From positions 47,308,001-47,372,000 of the forward strand of contig NC_087447.1 of the NCBI RefSeq assembly GCF_036321535.1: DNA of 64,000 bases. The letters are read 5' to 3'. Both the position numbers and the translations under genes were made by a program. Numbering within the stretch: the stretch's first letter is position 1; each line of letters begins with the position of its first letter. Origin of the DNA: Camelus dromedarius (lineage: Eukaryota). Positions 1 to 12,359 of this stretch are shown in pieces. The notes under the pieces were generated by a model. That model worked only from the letters and a program-made list of their open reading frames with translations. It had not been told where the DNA came from and ran no database searches.

Positions 1-1570
1 TTTTAGCCTTTTAAGCAGGCTGAGGCCTGGGACCTCCTGAGGCCTGCAGCTTGAACAACAGGATACAAGGAAATCACAAGGGGTCAAACACAACTGCAGA
101 CATGCACAGTTGGGACAAGTTATGAACAACAAGATGCATAAAACATCCAACTACCACTTCTGAGGTGTTAGGGTCAAGAGGAGGACACTGAGGTCAAAAG
201 CAGGACACTGAGCATGATCCTTGCACACAACACCAAGAGTGTGTTGGGCAGACCACCCAAGCCTCCCTCCTCTCCAGCCTACCCCAGTCGGCAAGAGCAT
301 GAGAAAATCCTTTAAACCGTTATACAGTTAAGCAGTTACAAACAGTATTACAGATATCAGATGGTCACCGATGACAATAGGGTCCTACTCAGTAGGTAGT
401 TGGTAGTTGCACCTGGAATAGAATCCTTGGATGCTCACCATTAGTGCTTTGACATAATCAATATAACATTATCTTGCTCACAAATGCTCTGCCAGGGAGT
501 GGCTACCAAAAACTGCACAGGCCTCCCGCAGATGGATCAGGTGCAAAGTCTTGATCTTTATTTTGTGGTAGATATCACACTCATAAGGACATCTTAATCT
601 TTTTTAGAATCTCATTTTGAAGTTTCACCACCTTCCCTGATTCCAGATAAACATGAACCAAAATGGCCTGCATGAATCAAGAGGGCTTTACAAACTATTT
701 ATAGACAAGATTAATCTGAGCTTAAGAATAAACCTTTAGAAAACATTTAGAACTCTTTGCCAACAGACACTGTATCAATTCTTGCACCTGGACCCGCTTT
801 AAAAGTGCATACACTCAACTAAAATCTACTCATGCATAAAATTATCCTCCCAAGTTGGGATGGGGTGGGGAGGAGGAGTTGCATTTCTCTCTCTATCTTG
901 ACAGGTTTTCCCACATTGTAGTCTTGAAAAATGTGTAGTTCTTTATGATACTATTGAAAAGTTCTGAAAATTCTTGGTGCATTCCAACATGCTGATATTT
1001 CCTGGATTCCCTTTGTGTTTATGGGAGTCATACCAAGGGTGGCATGTACAAGATGAAAGAGAAAATCCTTGGTGCTGCCAACCAACCATTTGGGGAGCAC
1101 TGAAAGTTGTCTAGGAGAAAAGATGCCATGGTCAGTCTCCAAAGGTTATGAATGTAGTGGCTGATCTTAGAGTGAGGCAACATCTGAAAGAGATGCTGGA
1201 AGATGTCTGTTGATTAAAAATGAGAACAAATTGCCTGAGAAGAGGAAATGGCTTCAGCCTGTTCAGTTATTAATCAGAGTAACAATAGTTTATGATAGCC
1301 ATAGTAGAAGGTAACATAAACACCATAAGAAATCTTAGTTCCTCCACTAGTGAGGAAATAGTGGCGTTTTTTCCCCCCACAGTTGTCTAAGGTTATGAAG
1401 TATTCAAAAGCATAGTGAGAACCAATACAAAGGTGAAAAGACTTCTGAGATGTGAGACTACAGATTCAGGGAATGCAACGAGTTTTGCTACCAAAGCAGA
1501 AAATATAGAGCAAATTTTACTATCTCATGTTTAGAGTAGATTGCACAACCAAAGGCCATTTTCCTTTCTC
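1..1570. mobile_element. Decayed ERV1-like LTR fragment and internal sequence
   Basis: LTR-like 1-~300 followed by degenerate ERV-internal-like sequence; no intact ORF; family and limits uncertain. Confidence 0.45.
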
Positions 1571-1597
1571 TTGTCAACAAAAAATTAATCAGTCAAA

Positions 1598-1740
1598 GGG
1601 GGAGGGTATAGCTCAGTAGTAGAGTGCAGGCTTGTATGCACGAGGTCCTGGGTTCAATCCTCATCAAAATAAATAAGTAATTAAATTAATCTAATTATCT
1701 TCCCCCAAAACAAAAACAAACAATTTTTTAAAAAAATTTT
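1598..1740 (+). mobile_element. tRNA-derived SINE (camelid Vic-1-like)
   Basis: GGGGAGGGTATAGCTCAG...GAGGTCCTGGGTTCAATCC (A and B boxes), A-rich tail, TSD aaattaatcagtc / aaattaattagtc. Confidence 0.85.
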
Positions 1741-1867
1741 AAATTAATTAGTCGATCTAAGAAAGAAGTGGAAGATGTTATTCTAGCCAAATTTGAGGAT
1801 TATAACCTGGGAAGAGCATCTCAGAAAGCTCTGAGAACTGTTCTGACAGTTAGAAATCAAGGCACAG

Positions 1868-1963
1868 CAGGGTGGGTATAGCTCAGTGGTAGAGCACATG
1901 CTTAGTGTGCATAAGGTCCTGGATTTAATCCCCAGTACCTCTATTAAAAAAAGAAAAAGAAAA
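1868..1963 (+). mobile_element. tRNA-derived SINE (Vic-1-like, short form)
   Basis: GGGTATAGCTCAGTGGTAGAGC...CCCAGTACCTC plus A tail; TSD agaaatcaaggcacag (1852-1867) / agaaatcaaagcacag (1964-1979). Confidence 0.85.
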
Positions 1964-2364
1964 AGAAATCAAAGCACAGTTTTAAAAGTTTTTGAGACAG
2001 TGGACTATACATCAAATTACAAATTATTGACAGTTTACATAATCCAGATCTAAGTGTCATCCTGATGGGTCATGTGACCCCTTATAAGATCAAGAAGGAA
2101 TGTTATCTTTTAAGAAGTTGCCTTGTGGGTGCTAGGAGAATGTTGCTTTCTATGGTTGAGCAGACATTCCGGCCAACGATGACGGGGGAGGTTTGGTCGA
2201 TGCATAATGCAGATACACAATGCACAGTCAGGGGAGAGGAGGCCAAAGGGCAGAGAAGAATTTTTTGTTTAAATTTTTATTGTTTTGCCATAAGATACGA
2301 ATTTTATCCCCCACACTGACAAGCCAGTCACTATTCTTGAGGGATTTTCAACCATTAACTTTAA

Positions 2365-2436
2365 CGTATGCATGTGCACGCATGTGCACACGTGTGCATG
2401 ATGTATGCCCTGCATACTGTATGTGTGCATGTGCAC
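2365..2436. repeat. Alternating purine-pyrimidine low-complexity tract (TGCA/TGTG/CACG)
   Basis: acgtatgcatgtgcacgcatgtgcacacgtgtgcatg... Confidence 0.6.
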
Positions 2437-2893
2437 TACCTCACATTCTCTCAGCCTCATCTACAATTCCTGTCACATCTGCAGTGAACAGTTCCATGCT
2501 GGCTTCTGTTGCACACCTCTCCCCAGACGTGCTCTGCCTCTCTCTTCCAGCCTCTAGCCTCTAACACAGAGGCACAAAATGCCTGGGAGAACCCACTTTG
2601 CATTCATACCTCTGCAATCCACAAGTATGAGGAAGTCAAAGTTCCACGGGGCAACCCTTAACCAATGGAGGTCACAAGCTAGAGAATTAAAATGTCTCTC
2701 TTTTTTCTCACAGCTAGACAATTCTGAGACCCACTTCATACAGCTCCTCAGAGGGCCCCACAGGATCAAGCCCCAGTTGCCCACAGCAGTGGTCCACTCT
2801 GTTATGCATTCTTATGTTGACTTTGCTCCTTCCCTGTTCCAACCTCTAGGCCCTGCCCTTCTGCTTTTAGGACCCCAAATAAGCCTCCTAAAT
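2437..2893 (+). mobile_element. Old ERV-L-class LTR (LTR16-like), continuing to ~3407 after an inserted LTR
   Basis: Characteristic 'ttaaccaatgg...gacaattctgag...ccccagttgcccacagcagt' segments, recognised from memory. Confidence 0.55.
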
Positions 2894-3385
2894 GTGTAGG
2901 GGAGGGAAAAAAAACTCTCTTCGGTTCTGTCCTCGGAGGCTGTGAATTAAACTGACAGAAGACAGATAAGAGAAAAAGAGTTTATTTCTGCATGTAATGT
3001 GCATAAATGCAGGAGTACTGAGTAATGAGTAATTCAAAGGCGTGGTTAGAATTTGGGGCTTATATGCCTAACTTAGTAGGTGAAGAGGAACGGAAGAGAG
3101 GGCACTTATGGGAAAACAATTGACTTTTTGGAAAGATAATTAGGCTCTTAGGAGAATAGATGGAGACATGATAGTCTTCTGACAATATCTCATTGGATGT
3201 GGTGCCAAATTCTAGACTCTAAGAGTACAGTTGCTCCTGGGGAGGGCATTTATGACAATTGAGTTCTTTTGGGAAGCTCCGCTTTTAGGCAGATAAAGGA
3301 TTCCAGGAACTCAAATGCCTCAGCTCAAAATAGTTCTTATGCTAAAGTGGCACATTTTGGGGTGGGCACATCTTAATCCCCTTCA
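2894..3385 (-). mobile_element. ERV1-class solo LTR (MER34-like)
   Basis: TGTAGGGGAG...ATCCCCTTCA termini; LTR-type 'ctcaaaata...aaagtggcacattttggggtgg' end. Confidence 0.6.
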
Positions 3386-5315
3386 AATGCGAGCCCATGT
3401 CTCAGGTTAAATACATACTCACATATAATCATACCAAACAATATGCTTAAATGACACTATCTAGTTTTTAAAATCACAATTAATAGTATCAATCACATTA
3501 TAAAGCAATGTTTATAATACTTAGATAATTTATCCTCTTGATTTGAATATTTCAAACACCAAATGTGTTTATACGTAAGAAATAATACACAGATTAGAAA
3601 TCTGCATGGGATTATATGGAAAGCACATACTTTATTTTCTGTCTCTCTGGATTTTAATTTCTTTAAAAATCTCCAGATAAATAATAGTAATTTATTAATT
3701 AGCATAATATTTCATCACCTATGATTCAGAATCATTTCCAGATTTTGGAAAATATACTAAGTTAACATTTAACAATCAATAATTATTGATTAGAAGATTT
3801 TGTAAGAAAAATGTGATAACAAAATATTATGCATTTTAAGTGAAAACTGTAGATGCATATAATTTGCAGTATTACATAAATACTATATAAGGCCCAGTAG
3901 TACAGGAACCAATTTATAAAACATTGGTTCTTTAAAAGAATTAAATTAGTTGACTACTCATTTACATACTCTTAAATATTAGTGTAAGTAATAACAATCA
4001 GGAAACTTGAAATTTCCACTTCACTTAGTTTTGGGGTGGGGGAATTAAAAAATTAAATTCAAAGTCTTGCAGGAACTAAAGTACCACATTTGCATTTTCT
4101 TTTCCCACTGTGGTAAAATTAAGGAGAAGACTTATAGTCACTTTTTAACAAAAAATCACAGTATAATTTATTTTATCAAAGGGTTTGCCTTGACTGACAA
4201 TACTATGGGCACATGTATTAGCATTTAATTTCCTGGTATTTATTTCCATTTCCATTTTATGTCTGTTTGAGAACTTTGCCTGTAAAACTCCTAGTTGTTA
4301 AAGGCACAGGGTTGCAAAATACCAGGGGGACAAATAAGGCAGAACTCCATCTGATAAAGGATGCATACAAGCAAGATTAGATGGCTGTTACTTCCTTCTT
4401 CTCCCTTTCCTCCCCCAGTTCCAAATCACAAGCAGCAGCTGATTTCAAAGCCTAAGCTGTTCGACCAGCCCCATCCCGACTGTGAGGGCTTCTGTTACAC
4501 TTGTCTAAGATTAATTCCTCAACTAAGAAGGATCATACAAAATGCACATTCACATCAGAACATGTTTTTTCTCTTAAACTCGAGGATTCTTAGGGACCCA
4601 TGCAGATCAAGAGTCCATGATTTTTGATTCTGGTAAGATTCTCCTTCAAACAAAACCGACATTCAGAGGACACTCCCCAAGGGTGAGGGTAAGAGTTGCT
4701 GGATCAGAATCAGCAGCTGGTCCACACCACCGGAGCTGGGCAGTGAAGGTCCTTCTGTCTTTGGAAACACACCCTTGGCCTGTGCTGCAGGGAAAGCTGA
4801 GCTAATCAAAACACCAGATACTGACTCATCAGAAACCAACATTTCTCTCTCAGAATTCTAACAACTTAATTTTATTGTTTAACCAGATATTTCCTTAGAA
4901 AATGAGAAACATTCAGGAGATACACTGAGTAAAGTGTTGTGTGCTGGAGAGGGTAGAAGGGTTCCCACCCACATAGCAGCTCTGTGTAGAGGTTAGAAAA
5001 AGCTAGGGTGTTTGTTTGAATCAGAGGAGTGAAAGATTCAGCCCTCATCCAGTCACTTAGGAGCCCTTCCAGGTTGTATCAGCAGCAGTTGGCTAATTAA
5101 CCTTTAATAGCCTGACACAATGGATTCAAATGGTAGGCAAGTGCAGCCACCAGGGGGAGTGGTGTGCAATTCACTCTGGTTTCTGAACACCCAGAGTATC
5201 CATCACAAGTCTTCAATGTCTAGAACTCTCAGACAGGTCAGTAGCTTGAGTCCCTTGACTTGGGAAAATGATGGGTCATCAACATAAACAAGGGGGAAAA
5301 CACCCTTGAAGAGAC

Positions 5316-6306
5316 TGTCGACTGAAAAAAACACACAACCTGAAAGTTGAGAGTTATGTTTTACTTGGTGGACTGAGGACTCACGCCCAGGAGGCAGCCT
5401 CTCAGATGGGTCTAAGAGACTGCTCTCAAGAGGCAAGGGAGGAGCCAGGACATACATGAATTTTTGCAACAAAGACCATGTCGACTGAAATAAATGCACA
5501 GCCTAAGAGTTAAGAGTTATGTTTTATTTGGCGGGAGGACTCGAGCTGGGATGACAGCCTCTCAGATCACTCTGAAGGACTGCTCCGAAGAGGTAAGGGA
5601 GGAGCTAGGATATATAGGAGCTTTACAACAAAGACCAGGTAGTTGGAACAATAAAAGATTGCTTGTTATCTAAAGAAAAACAGGCATCTTAAGTTAAAGA
5701 ATTTAGTGCTTTTCTATGTATGGGAGGAAGCAAACATTTGGGCTCAATGAATTCATTCCTTTGACAAGCACCTAGCTATCTAGGGCCAGCATCCTGTGCT
5801 TTCTTATTCTGAGTCCCCTCAGAGTGCACCATTGTGAGCGGCTGCAGAGGCTGGGCTGCAGGCCTGTCCTCACTAGGGGGTGGCAGCAGCTGCTGATGAC
5901 TTAGTTTCAGCATTCTTTGTTTACTGATATGGTTGCAGTATTTTCATTCACATTGCAGTATTTTGGTTCACAACCAGGTAGTCAAAACATCAAAAGATTA
6001 CTGTTAATTTTAAAAAATTAGATACCTCAAGTTAAGGAATTTAGCACTAGTCTATGTATGGGAAGATGCAAGAGTCTGGGCTCATTGAACTCATTCCTTT
6101 GATAAGCACCTAGCTATCTAGGGCCAGTATCCTGTTCTTTCCCATCCTGAGTTCCCTCTGGGAGTGGCTGCAGAGGCTGGGCTGCCAGACTGTCTCCATT
6201 CTGAGTTCCCTCCAGCTCACTGTTGGGGGCAGTGGCAGTGGCTGATAACTTGGTGGCCGCATCATCCTTTGTTTACTGGTATGGCTGGCAATATTTTTCA
6301 TTCACA
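5316..6306 (-). mobile_element. Solo LTR (TSD AGAC) containing a nested same-family LTR at 5479-5972 (TSD ACCA)
   Basis: Both copies begin tgtcgactgaaa and end ttcaca; 4-bp TSDs at 5312-15/6307-10 and 5475-78/5973-76. Confidence 0.85.
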
Positions 6307-7067
6307 AGACTAAAATTAAGAAATTGAAGAGCATTGTCAGTGATTTGTGCACACACTGTCATTTACTGGTAATATCCTCCAGATAATTAAACAAGGAACA
6401 AATTACTTTAGAAAAAAGGGAACTCTGGAGAGGAAATGAGGGAGTTTGGAGGTTCTCAACAGAATTCAAAGGAAGACTATGCTGAATCTCTTCATCTTCA
6501 GTAAAATATAATCTGGGTGGTGGTGTTATGTGTGAAAGAAGCAAAAGAATTTTCCATAATTTCCAGACCTGGAAGGAAGCACCTGGGCTGTGGCTGCAGA
6601 CAGGTCACTTGGCAGAGGGGATCAAAGGCTTCCTTATATTTATTTACAGACTAGTGGAATTCTCTGAACCTTATTAGAAGTCTTAGTACTGAAGCTTTTC
6701 TTAAAATCTTTGTGCCTACCAATTTTTGGCCTGGTGTGAATTTGCATATCATTGGACCTGATCTGCATATTTATTTTGTAACTCAGCAGGAACCACGAAG
6801 CCATTAAACCAAAGTTAGATTTTCCTGTTTCCCAGCCAAAAACATTTTGAATAAAGGGCTTAGCTCTGAAAACAGGAATAGTGCTTAAATTTGTATTAAC
6901 AACATAGTTTATTTTCCAAAGTTATTTAGACATGCTCTGTTTTATTCTTTTAATAATATAAAATTTACCTTTTACCCAAAGGTCTTAATACTCAATTGAA
7001 CAGTTTCACTTTTTTCACTTAGAAGTCATTTTTCTAAGTTAAATACTGTTAAAAGATTCATTCTTTT

Positions 7068-7566
7068 TGTAACCAAGCGGGACCCTATGGGCCCCCCAAC
7101 CAGGGGCAAAACTTTCCGCCATATCCTCTGCTGTAGCTCCTCTCTGAAGTACCTAGAAAATAGTATCTGATGCACATTTCCTAAGTTTTACAGATAAGAG
7201 AAACTCCCACCAAATCAAAGATGTTAACTACTTGATGACCACGAGCACATAGCTCTCAGATCTACTGGTGCTTAAGAACTGATAATGTTAACCCCTGTGA
7301 CACCGCTCTGTTACCTTGTCATTAACCAGTCATAGAATTGTACATGTGCTGATTGCATACCCTATGACACCCCATCCCTCACCTGGTCTTTAAAAATGCC
7401 TTGCTGAAACCCTTCAGAGAGTTCGGGGGTTTAGAATACAAGCCACTCGTCCTCTTTGTATTGGCACCTTTACAGTAAATGTTGTGTTTTCCTTTGTCAC
7501 AACCCGGTGTCGGTAGGTTGGCTTTACTGTGCATGGGTGAGCGGACCCAAGTTTGGCTTGGTAACA
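7068..7566 (+). mobile_element. ERV1-class solo LTR
   Basis: TGTAACC...GGTAACA inverted termini; TSD tttt. Confidence 0.75.
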
Positions 7567-7575
7567 TTTTAAAGT

Positions 7576-8727
7576 ATGAATGAAAAATACTGCCCGTCAT
7601 ATCAGTAAACAAAGGACCCTGCAGCCATCAGCCACTAGCACCACCCCCAACGCTCCCACCAGCCAAGGTGAGCTGGAGGGAACTCAGGATGGACAAGCAG
7701 GCTGCCTGCTGACAAGTCCTCAGCCTCTGCAGCCACCCCCAAAGGTGCCCCCTGAGGAGACTCAGGATGGGAAGAAAGGGATACTGGTCCTACATAGCGA
7801 AGGTGCACATCAAAGGAATGATTTCAATGAGCCCAAACTTCTGCACCTTCCCATACATAGAAAAGTGCTAAAAATCCTCAAACTGAGATAATCTGGTTTT
7901 CTTTAATTAACAGTAATCTTTTGATGTTCCAACTATCTGGTCTTTGTTGCAAAAATTCCTATATAGCCTGGCTCCTCCCCTACTTCCCTAAAGCAGTCTC
8001 TCATAGCTATCTGAGAGGCCACATCCCAGGCTTAAGTCCTCAGAAATGTTCACCGAATAAAACATAACTTACAACTGAGACAGGAAGGGGGCAGGGCACA
8101 GCCATTCAAGGAATGCCACAGCAATTAACATCAAAATGGTGAAAGATTCAACCCTCAGTAGGTCTTGAGGCTCAGGATGATGAGATTTAACTTCTGGCAG
8201 AATTTGAGCTTCATTATACGCCCATTGTAATATATTAACATGGTGAGTAACACACCCACAGGCACCATGGCAGTCCCAAGCTAGCCACAAAAAGGTCAAA
8301 GAGTGGGAAATGGCCAAATTCCTGGGAATCCCAGCCCCTTCCCCTTAGACTGGTACTTCTACTTATTAGCATATGAAGCCACCAAGCCCATAAAAACCAG
8401 CAACACGGCACCTCGCGGCTGCCCCTCTCCCTCTTCGGAGATGGCCCGCACTCTGTCTATGGAGTGTGTACCTACTTTTAATCTGAGCACTCAACCCCCA
8501 CACCTCGTGGCCTTTCTCTTGCCTTTCAATGTATCTCTCTGAATAAATCTACCTTTACTCAACTGTGGCTCACTCTTGAATTCTTTCCTGCACAAAGCCC
8601 AGGACCCATGCCTGGTGGGGCATATCCCAGGGGCTCAACTGAAGCCTCGGACACAGCCCTTCTCACGCCCCACATCTGTTTTCCTGTATCACACCTTTTA
8701 GGTTGTGCATTTTTTTTCCAGTTGACA
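7576..8727 (+). mobile_element. Solo LTR of the 5316-6306 family in opposite orientation, interrupted by a different LTR at 8076-8691
   Basis: Reverse-complement similarity to 5316-6306; TATA-like cctatatag (~7960) and AATAAA (~8056); inner TG...CA element with its own AATAAA and TSD caac/cacc. Confidence 0.8.
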
Positions 8728-9801
8728 GAAGACTAGTTTATTTAAACGTATTAACATAAATTACACTGTAATTTACAGCTCAAGTCTACTTGTGTACATG
8801 GTGTTCAGCAATTTGGAAGGTTTTCTTTTCTTTTTCTCTCTGGAGGGCTTTTCATAAAGGGCTAGCACATTTAAAGTATTGGAAGTGTGGCTCGAGTTCC
8901 TAATTTTCCCTCTGGGAGACACTGAATCCCTTTATCTTAGATTTATATAAGCACTCAGGCGTTTCTTGAAACCAGTATGAATAAGAAATCCACTGATGTT
9001 GAGAGACATTACAGAAGTGTTTTCTACAAACCTACAGAGGAAGCCTAATTAACTCAAAAGTATCTTTGATATCAAATTAATTTCTGTGTCATCCGTTGTG
9101 TGTCCAGTCCAATCCTCCAGAAACAGGCAAGCTGAAATATCTATTGGGGTTCCAACCCCTGGGTTCCCTACTCCCAGTTCCTCATACTAATTCAAACACA
9201 ACGCAGATGGGCTTTTACAAAGAGAGCCAATTTCTTACTCCAACAGAAGAAATTAAATTATTGGACAATCTGAAGATTAAGTAGTAGCATTTTCCCCCTA
9301 AAGGGAAGAAACCAGGCATATGTTGGGAAAAGTACACAGTTGCCCCAACTTCCATGAACCGTCACACACATATTTATCCTCTAGGGGGCAGCAGTCCCCT
9401 GTTTCTGGGGGAAAACAACCTTCTTCAGGCCAGAGTTTTGCCTCCTGGAGCCTCCAGGGAAAATTCCCTTAGAAATCACTCTAGCTTTAAAACAGATAAA
9501 ATTCTAATCTAGAAACCAGAAACATTCATTCAAGGAAACAGAAGAACCAGAGCCCTTCCATCTGCTCTGACCGCTGGCAGGCACACAGATAAGACTCCGC
9601 CTGAATTCCCTGGATTCATACCCATGAACACCTGGCAAAAGCCACAAGACAATAACCCACAACAGAAAACAGAAACTGCAGTTTTTCACTTCCTAATGCT
9701 CCATAGATGTTCTTAGCCAGCTGAAACTTGCTGTCCTTGTTTCAAAATGGTTGGAAACAAATCTCAGAGACAGGCAGGTAACCCAGCAAGACCAAATGGG
9801 T

Positions 9802-10380
9802 TGTCACTGCCTGGGTTCCCTCTGAAAACAGAGCCCCAGACAAGGACTTGCCTGGAGGGGATTTATTGGGAAGGAGATGCAAGGGTACAGGAGTGAGGAT
9901 CTGTTAGGATGACCAGCCATCCATGCTTGCTGAAGGGTTCCCTGAGATGCGAGACTGTCATTGCTAAAATCCAGGAAGTCCCAAGCAAACTGAGACAAGT
10001 TGATCACAGTGGGAACTGGAGAGCTAGCCCCAGAGGAGTGAAAACCAGTACAAGGCTGAGCTGATGAGTTGGTTTGATCTCACAGGACCTTCTAAGATGC
10101 ATCTCAGAACAGGAGAACATTTACCCACCACTTCTCATCCCCTACTGGTTAAGCATTGCCCCTTGGAGTGTTAATCCGACCCCAAATTCAGGGCTCATAT
10201 GCATGAGGGCTGATGAGTTCCTATTGGCATTTCCCACTGTGGCTTCAGAAAGTGAGAGAAACACAATGCACCTGAGGCCCAGCACCGCTGGGTAACACCT
10301 ACACAGATCTGGTTGTGGCTGCAGTTTTTCTGGAATCAAAATTGGACTGAAGAGGTAGGAAGTGGGGCACAAGAGTCCAA
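9802..10380 (-). mobile_element. Old ERV-L-class LTR remnant with an inserted hAT-type MITE (~9904-10008)
   Basis: LTR16/33-like 'ctgggttccc...cagagccccagacaaggacttg'; the MITE has MER81/MER94-like ends, and a similar element lies at ~18424-18540. Confidence 0.45.
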
Positions 10381-12359
10381 TGAATGAAGATTAACATTAC
10401 CTCCCTTTGGTTGGCTCATGTTTGACTCTGCATGAGGTTATCAACCCCTATGGCTTAGCCTCTCATTCGTTTATTAATTTAAATGAGATAAAACACTCAA
10501 ACTCTTTGTTTAAATAAAAGTTCTGCAGAATAGCTTTATTTTACCTCATGTATATTGAGGAAGATGCCTGCTAGTGAAAAAAAGACAATTCACAGGTGTT
10601 TGCATCTCCCTCCAAAATGGAGATGGCAATTTAAATGTCATAACTGGTATAAAACATTAAGACAACCAATCAAAATCACAGACTTTTTAGAAGTTAAGGT
10701 ATACATACAAGACACAGCACAAACCTCTGAAGCCTGCATGTCTTGCCAAATTTTTTGGAAATAATATTTGCAAGGATGATTTAGAAATATTTTTATCTCC
10801 ATAGTTCTTTTAAACTTTTTATTACAGAAAATTCTCAGAATCCCCTTGTACTATCAATAACCAACTTTTGGCCATCTTTTTCCATCTCTCTCTCTTAAGA
10901 ATGCACAAAGCAGCAAGCAACAGAAAAACTAATTATATGATCATAACCAAATAAAAGCACTGTTTGTCTCAGATAACATAAAATCTAGAGACAGGCAGCC
11001 TAGGCTGGTGTAGAACTGAAATGATGTCCTCGAAAATTCCTCTACTTTTTTGGTCCACTGTCTTTAGAATGTGATTGCAAGATGGCTGACAAGCCTCAGG
11101 AACTCACATCCTTGTTCCAGGAAGGGAGAATGAGGAAGAGCAAAAGGGACCCTAGGATACAAAACCAGATACTTCAGTTTTCCTTCAGAAACCTTTCCCA
11201 GATGCTGTACTCAGCAAGGGAGTATGGGAGGTGAGCAATTTTAGCTGGAATACAGCCACCCTGAATCAGAACAGGGTCCTGTTAGTCAGAAAGAAGGGGC
11301 CTCGGTCTTTTCCCATGTTTTTCTCTGCTTCCAATGCCCTCCCTCCCCTGACCACCCAGGTTATTCCTTTATTTAACAAATATTTATTTAATACTCACTC
11401 CCTGCCAGTCCCAAGGCCAGGTCCTGGGGCTCTAAAGGGAATACAAAGTAGTGTTTGCTCTTTCTTGAACAAGCCCTAATCTCAACTATAGCAGAAAGCC
11501 AATACATAATACCTGAACTTGCTAAATGCAGAGTCACACAAACACACACCTTATTTATAGGTATAGAAGATACAGAAGGAATTTCTCAAAGATATAAAAC
11601 CAGAAATGGTTCAAAGGAGCTGCCTCTGGAGGCCAGACTGAGACAGGAAGATGAAGGGCCAGGGATTGCTGACACCATTATAAGCCCTTCCATACTGCTT
11701 GGCTTTTTTTTTTTTTAAACCACGTGCCTACATAACTTTGATAAAATGTAAAAAGTAATTCTGAAAAATAATACTGCAGCAAACATCTTTTTGCATAAAG
11801 AATGGTTGCCTTTTTTGGTTATGTTTTCATGATGTATTCTTAGAATTTCTGTGTTAGAGACTGCAGATACAAATTTGTCTCCAGAAAGTATGAAAGATGG
11901 TTGTTTAAACGGAGTGATATATGTAAGCAACCAAGCTCATAGCCGGCCCTCAGTATACATTCGTGAGAAACAAATAAATCACCCAGCATTTTGTCAGGAT
12001 TCCAACCCTTCCCAAGAGCTGCCCCAAAGAAGAAGCACAGCTCCCTTGATGTTCCTCTGGGTCTTTTGCTAATACAACTAGCCCTGCAGTGAGTAGTTGG
12101 TGCCAGTGTCAATTCAGGTTTGTGCCACTGTGTATTTGGGATCGATTCCTAGAAATGGGTAAACACATACATCTTTTTGCTGGATATTACCATGTTGCCT
12201 CCATAGAGGTCTCCCCGTTTTGCACTCCCCGCAGTAATGTGAGTGTACATTTTCCTCACAGCCACATCAAGAGAAATTGGTGTCCCACTGTGGGGTTGAT
12301 ACTCAACTGATAGGTGAGAAATGGTTTCTCCGAGTAGTGTGAATTTGCATTTCTAACTG

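Larger units (their letters stand above)
1572..2314 (-). mobile_element. ERV1-class LTR interrupted by two SINEs
   Basis: TG...CA termini and LTR-like body that rejoins across the SINE target-site duplications. Confidence 0.55.

Noticed and set aside
1598..1963. tRNA-like sequences (also 54865-54950)
   Set aside because: A-rich tails, TSDs and broken acceptor stems show they are SINEs, not tRNA genes
5203..5315. Peptide SLFKGVFPLVYVDD resembling a pyruvate kinase C-terminal motif
   Set aside because: Similarity is very short and does not extend; probably coincidental
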